A DNA stretch of 63,941 nt, taken from assembly GCA_945883905.1 (NCBI GenBank), contig CAMCYL010000005.1, positions 1 to 63,941 of the forward strand. Direction: 5' to 3'. Position numbers and translations under genes: made by a program. The stretch comes from Akkermansia muciniphila. Its GTDB lineage: Bacteria > Verrucomicrobiota > Verrucomicrobiia > Methylacidiphilales > CAMAQI01. Of the stretch, positions 63,235 to 63,941 are shown piece after piece (the stretch's first letter is position 1; every line of letters starts with the position of its first letter). The notes beneath the pieces are model-generated. The model was not told the DNA's origin. It was given only the letters and a program-made list of their open reading frames with translations, and made no database searches.

Positions 63235-63795
63235 CCAGATTCTGCGTTAGGAATTTAAAAAATGGAGCGCCGATCCGTCAGCTGCCCATGAGCGTCAACT
63301 TAAGAGAAATATTCTAAAAAAACAAGGTCTCACGCGACGGCGCAACGACGCAACGTATGACCCTCCCCGTCGTTCCGACCGTCGCTCTACCGAGCGTCCT
63401 CCCTATTTCCTCAAAAGACCTCGAAAACGAGCTTTCGATTTCTTTTTCAAAAACAGGGATCGAGGACTTTGTCCTCTTTGGATCAGAACTCCCCCCCCTT
63501 CTTCTGATTCTCCCATGCAGAGAGGATCATGAACGCTTCAATGAACAAGATGAAATCGAGTTCCTGAAGAGAGGTTTGATCGTTTTTTGAAAATTCTTTT
63601 TTCAAAGAAACGGGAGAAATTCTCTGAAGGCACGCGCTGACAACGGAGGCGAGGCAAGGAAGCGTTCATGATCTTCTCGCTTTTTCCGATTCATACGTCG
63701 CGTCGTTGCGTGAGACAATGTCTTTGAATGAATTTTCCTTAAGTTGACGCTCATGGTCAGCTGACGGATCTGTGGTTCCAACTGCTTTTTCTAGG
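63235..63795. repeat. Triple-nested repeat complex. The outer element is TTAGGAATTT..TGGAGCGCC-family. The middle element (63287-63754) has ends CATGAGCGTCAACTTAAG / CTTAAGTTGACGCTCATG. The inner ~390-bp structured element lies at 63327-63715
   Basis: Three concentric inverted-repeat pairs can be read directly: GATCCGTCAGCTG.../...CAGCTGACGGATC; CATGAGCGTCAACTTAAG/CTTAAGTTGACGCTCATG; GTCTCACGCGACGG.../...GCGTCGTTGCGTGAGAC. Confidence 0.8.
63327..63715. repeat. Structured ~390-bp repeat element, copy B, inverted relative to copy A at 64-465
   Basis: Internal segments match the reverse complement of copy A. For example, 63581-63617 GATCGTTTTTTGAAAATTCTTTTTTCAAAGAAACGGG matches revcomp of 168-205, and 63401-63460 matches revcomp of 329-386. 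By eye, roughly 70-75% identity. Confidence 0.75.
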
Positions 63796-63941
63796 CGTGC
63801 GCCGTTGAGGACGGCGTCCTAGCGGGTGAAAGTCCCGTCGGTTGAATTAGACGGTTCGCAACCGTAAGGGGTGTCTGGGAAGAGACCGTGAGGTCGAACC
63901 TACAAGCGAGACACTTAACTGAATCATCAGGCTATAATGAC
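63796..63941 (+). mobile_element. 5' end (domain I) of a bacterial group II intron, class C-like, truncated by the window edge
   Basis: It starts with the consensus GTGCG and contains CTAGCGGGTGAAAGTCCCGTC and CGTAAGGGGTGTCTGGGAAGAGACC. These closely parallel the GGGUGAGAGUCCCGAAC and CGCAAGGGUGUCCGUGG segments of IIC introns such as the Oceanobacillus iheyensis intron (from memory). It lies just after a hairpin-rich terminator-like region downstream of ppk. Confidence 0.7.

Noticed and set aside
63357-63590. 77-aa ORF inside repeat copy B
   Set aside because: Same reasoning as above. The frame is not conserved in copy A, and the sequence is dominated by palindromes.

Overview
About 64 kb of bacterial chromosome from a Gram-negative organism (lpxK and lptF/G-type genes are present). 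Weak cues suggest the PVC/Verrucomicrobia group: a GxxExxY gene with ACCGCAGAGG-type repeats, and Lys-rich DksA and L28 proteins. Taxonomy cannot be settled from sequence alone.

The housekeeping backbone comprises lpxK, mnmG, metG, an ABC-F ATPase, rsmE, cysH, an M20 peptidase, rpsR-rpmB, a DksA-like gene, a solute symporter, pfkA, an LptF/G permease, gnd, zwf, gltB, a YhiN-type flavoprotein, an SbtA-like permease, a PHP histidinol phosphatase, tRNA-Arg(CCG), Opp/Dpp-type ABC genes and ppk1.

Accessory DNA interrupts this backbone. There are nine intact type II toxin-antitoxin pairs (seven VapC/PIN toxins with RHH- or VapB-type antitoxins, one Phd-PIN, one YoeB-type), an orphan ParE, and toxin and antitoxin remnants. 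There are also at least five dispersed repeat families, some nested inside one another, and the 5' end of a group IIC intron at the right window edge.

The best candidate for an undescribed system is the co-directional block at 10.7-17.9 kb. It contains an AAA_15/21-type ATPase translationally coupled to a DUF4276 (Toprim-like) protein, then an uncharacterised 596-aa helical protein tightly followed by a roughly 1150-aa SWIM-SNF2 helicase. The block is preceded by vapBC and followed by two decayed genes (selO, znuA-like) and more TA loci.

All calls come from reading the ORF translations and the DNA by eye. No database search, HMM, RNA folding or GC computation was run.
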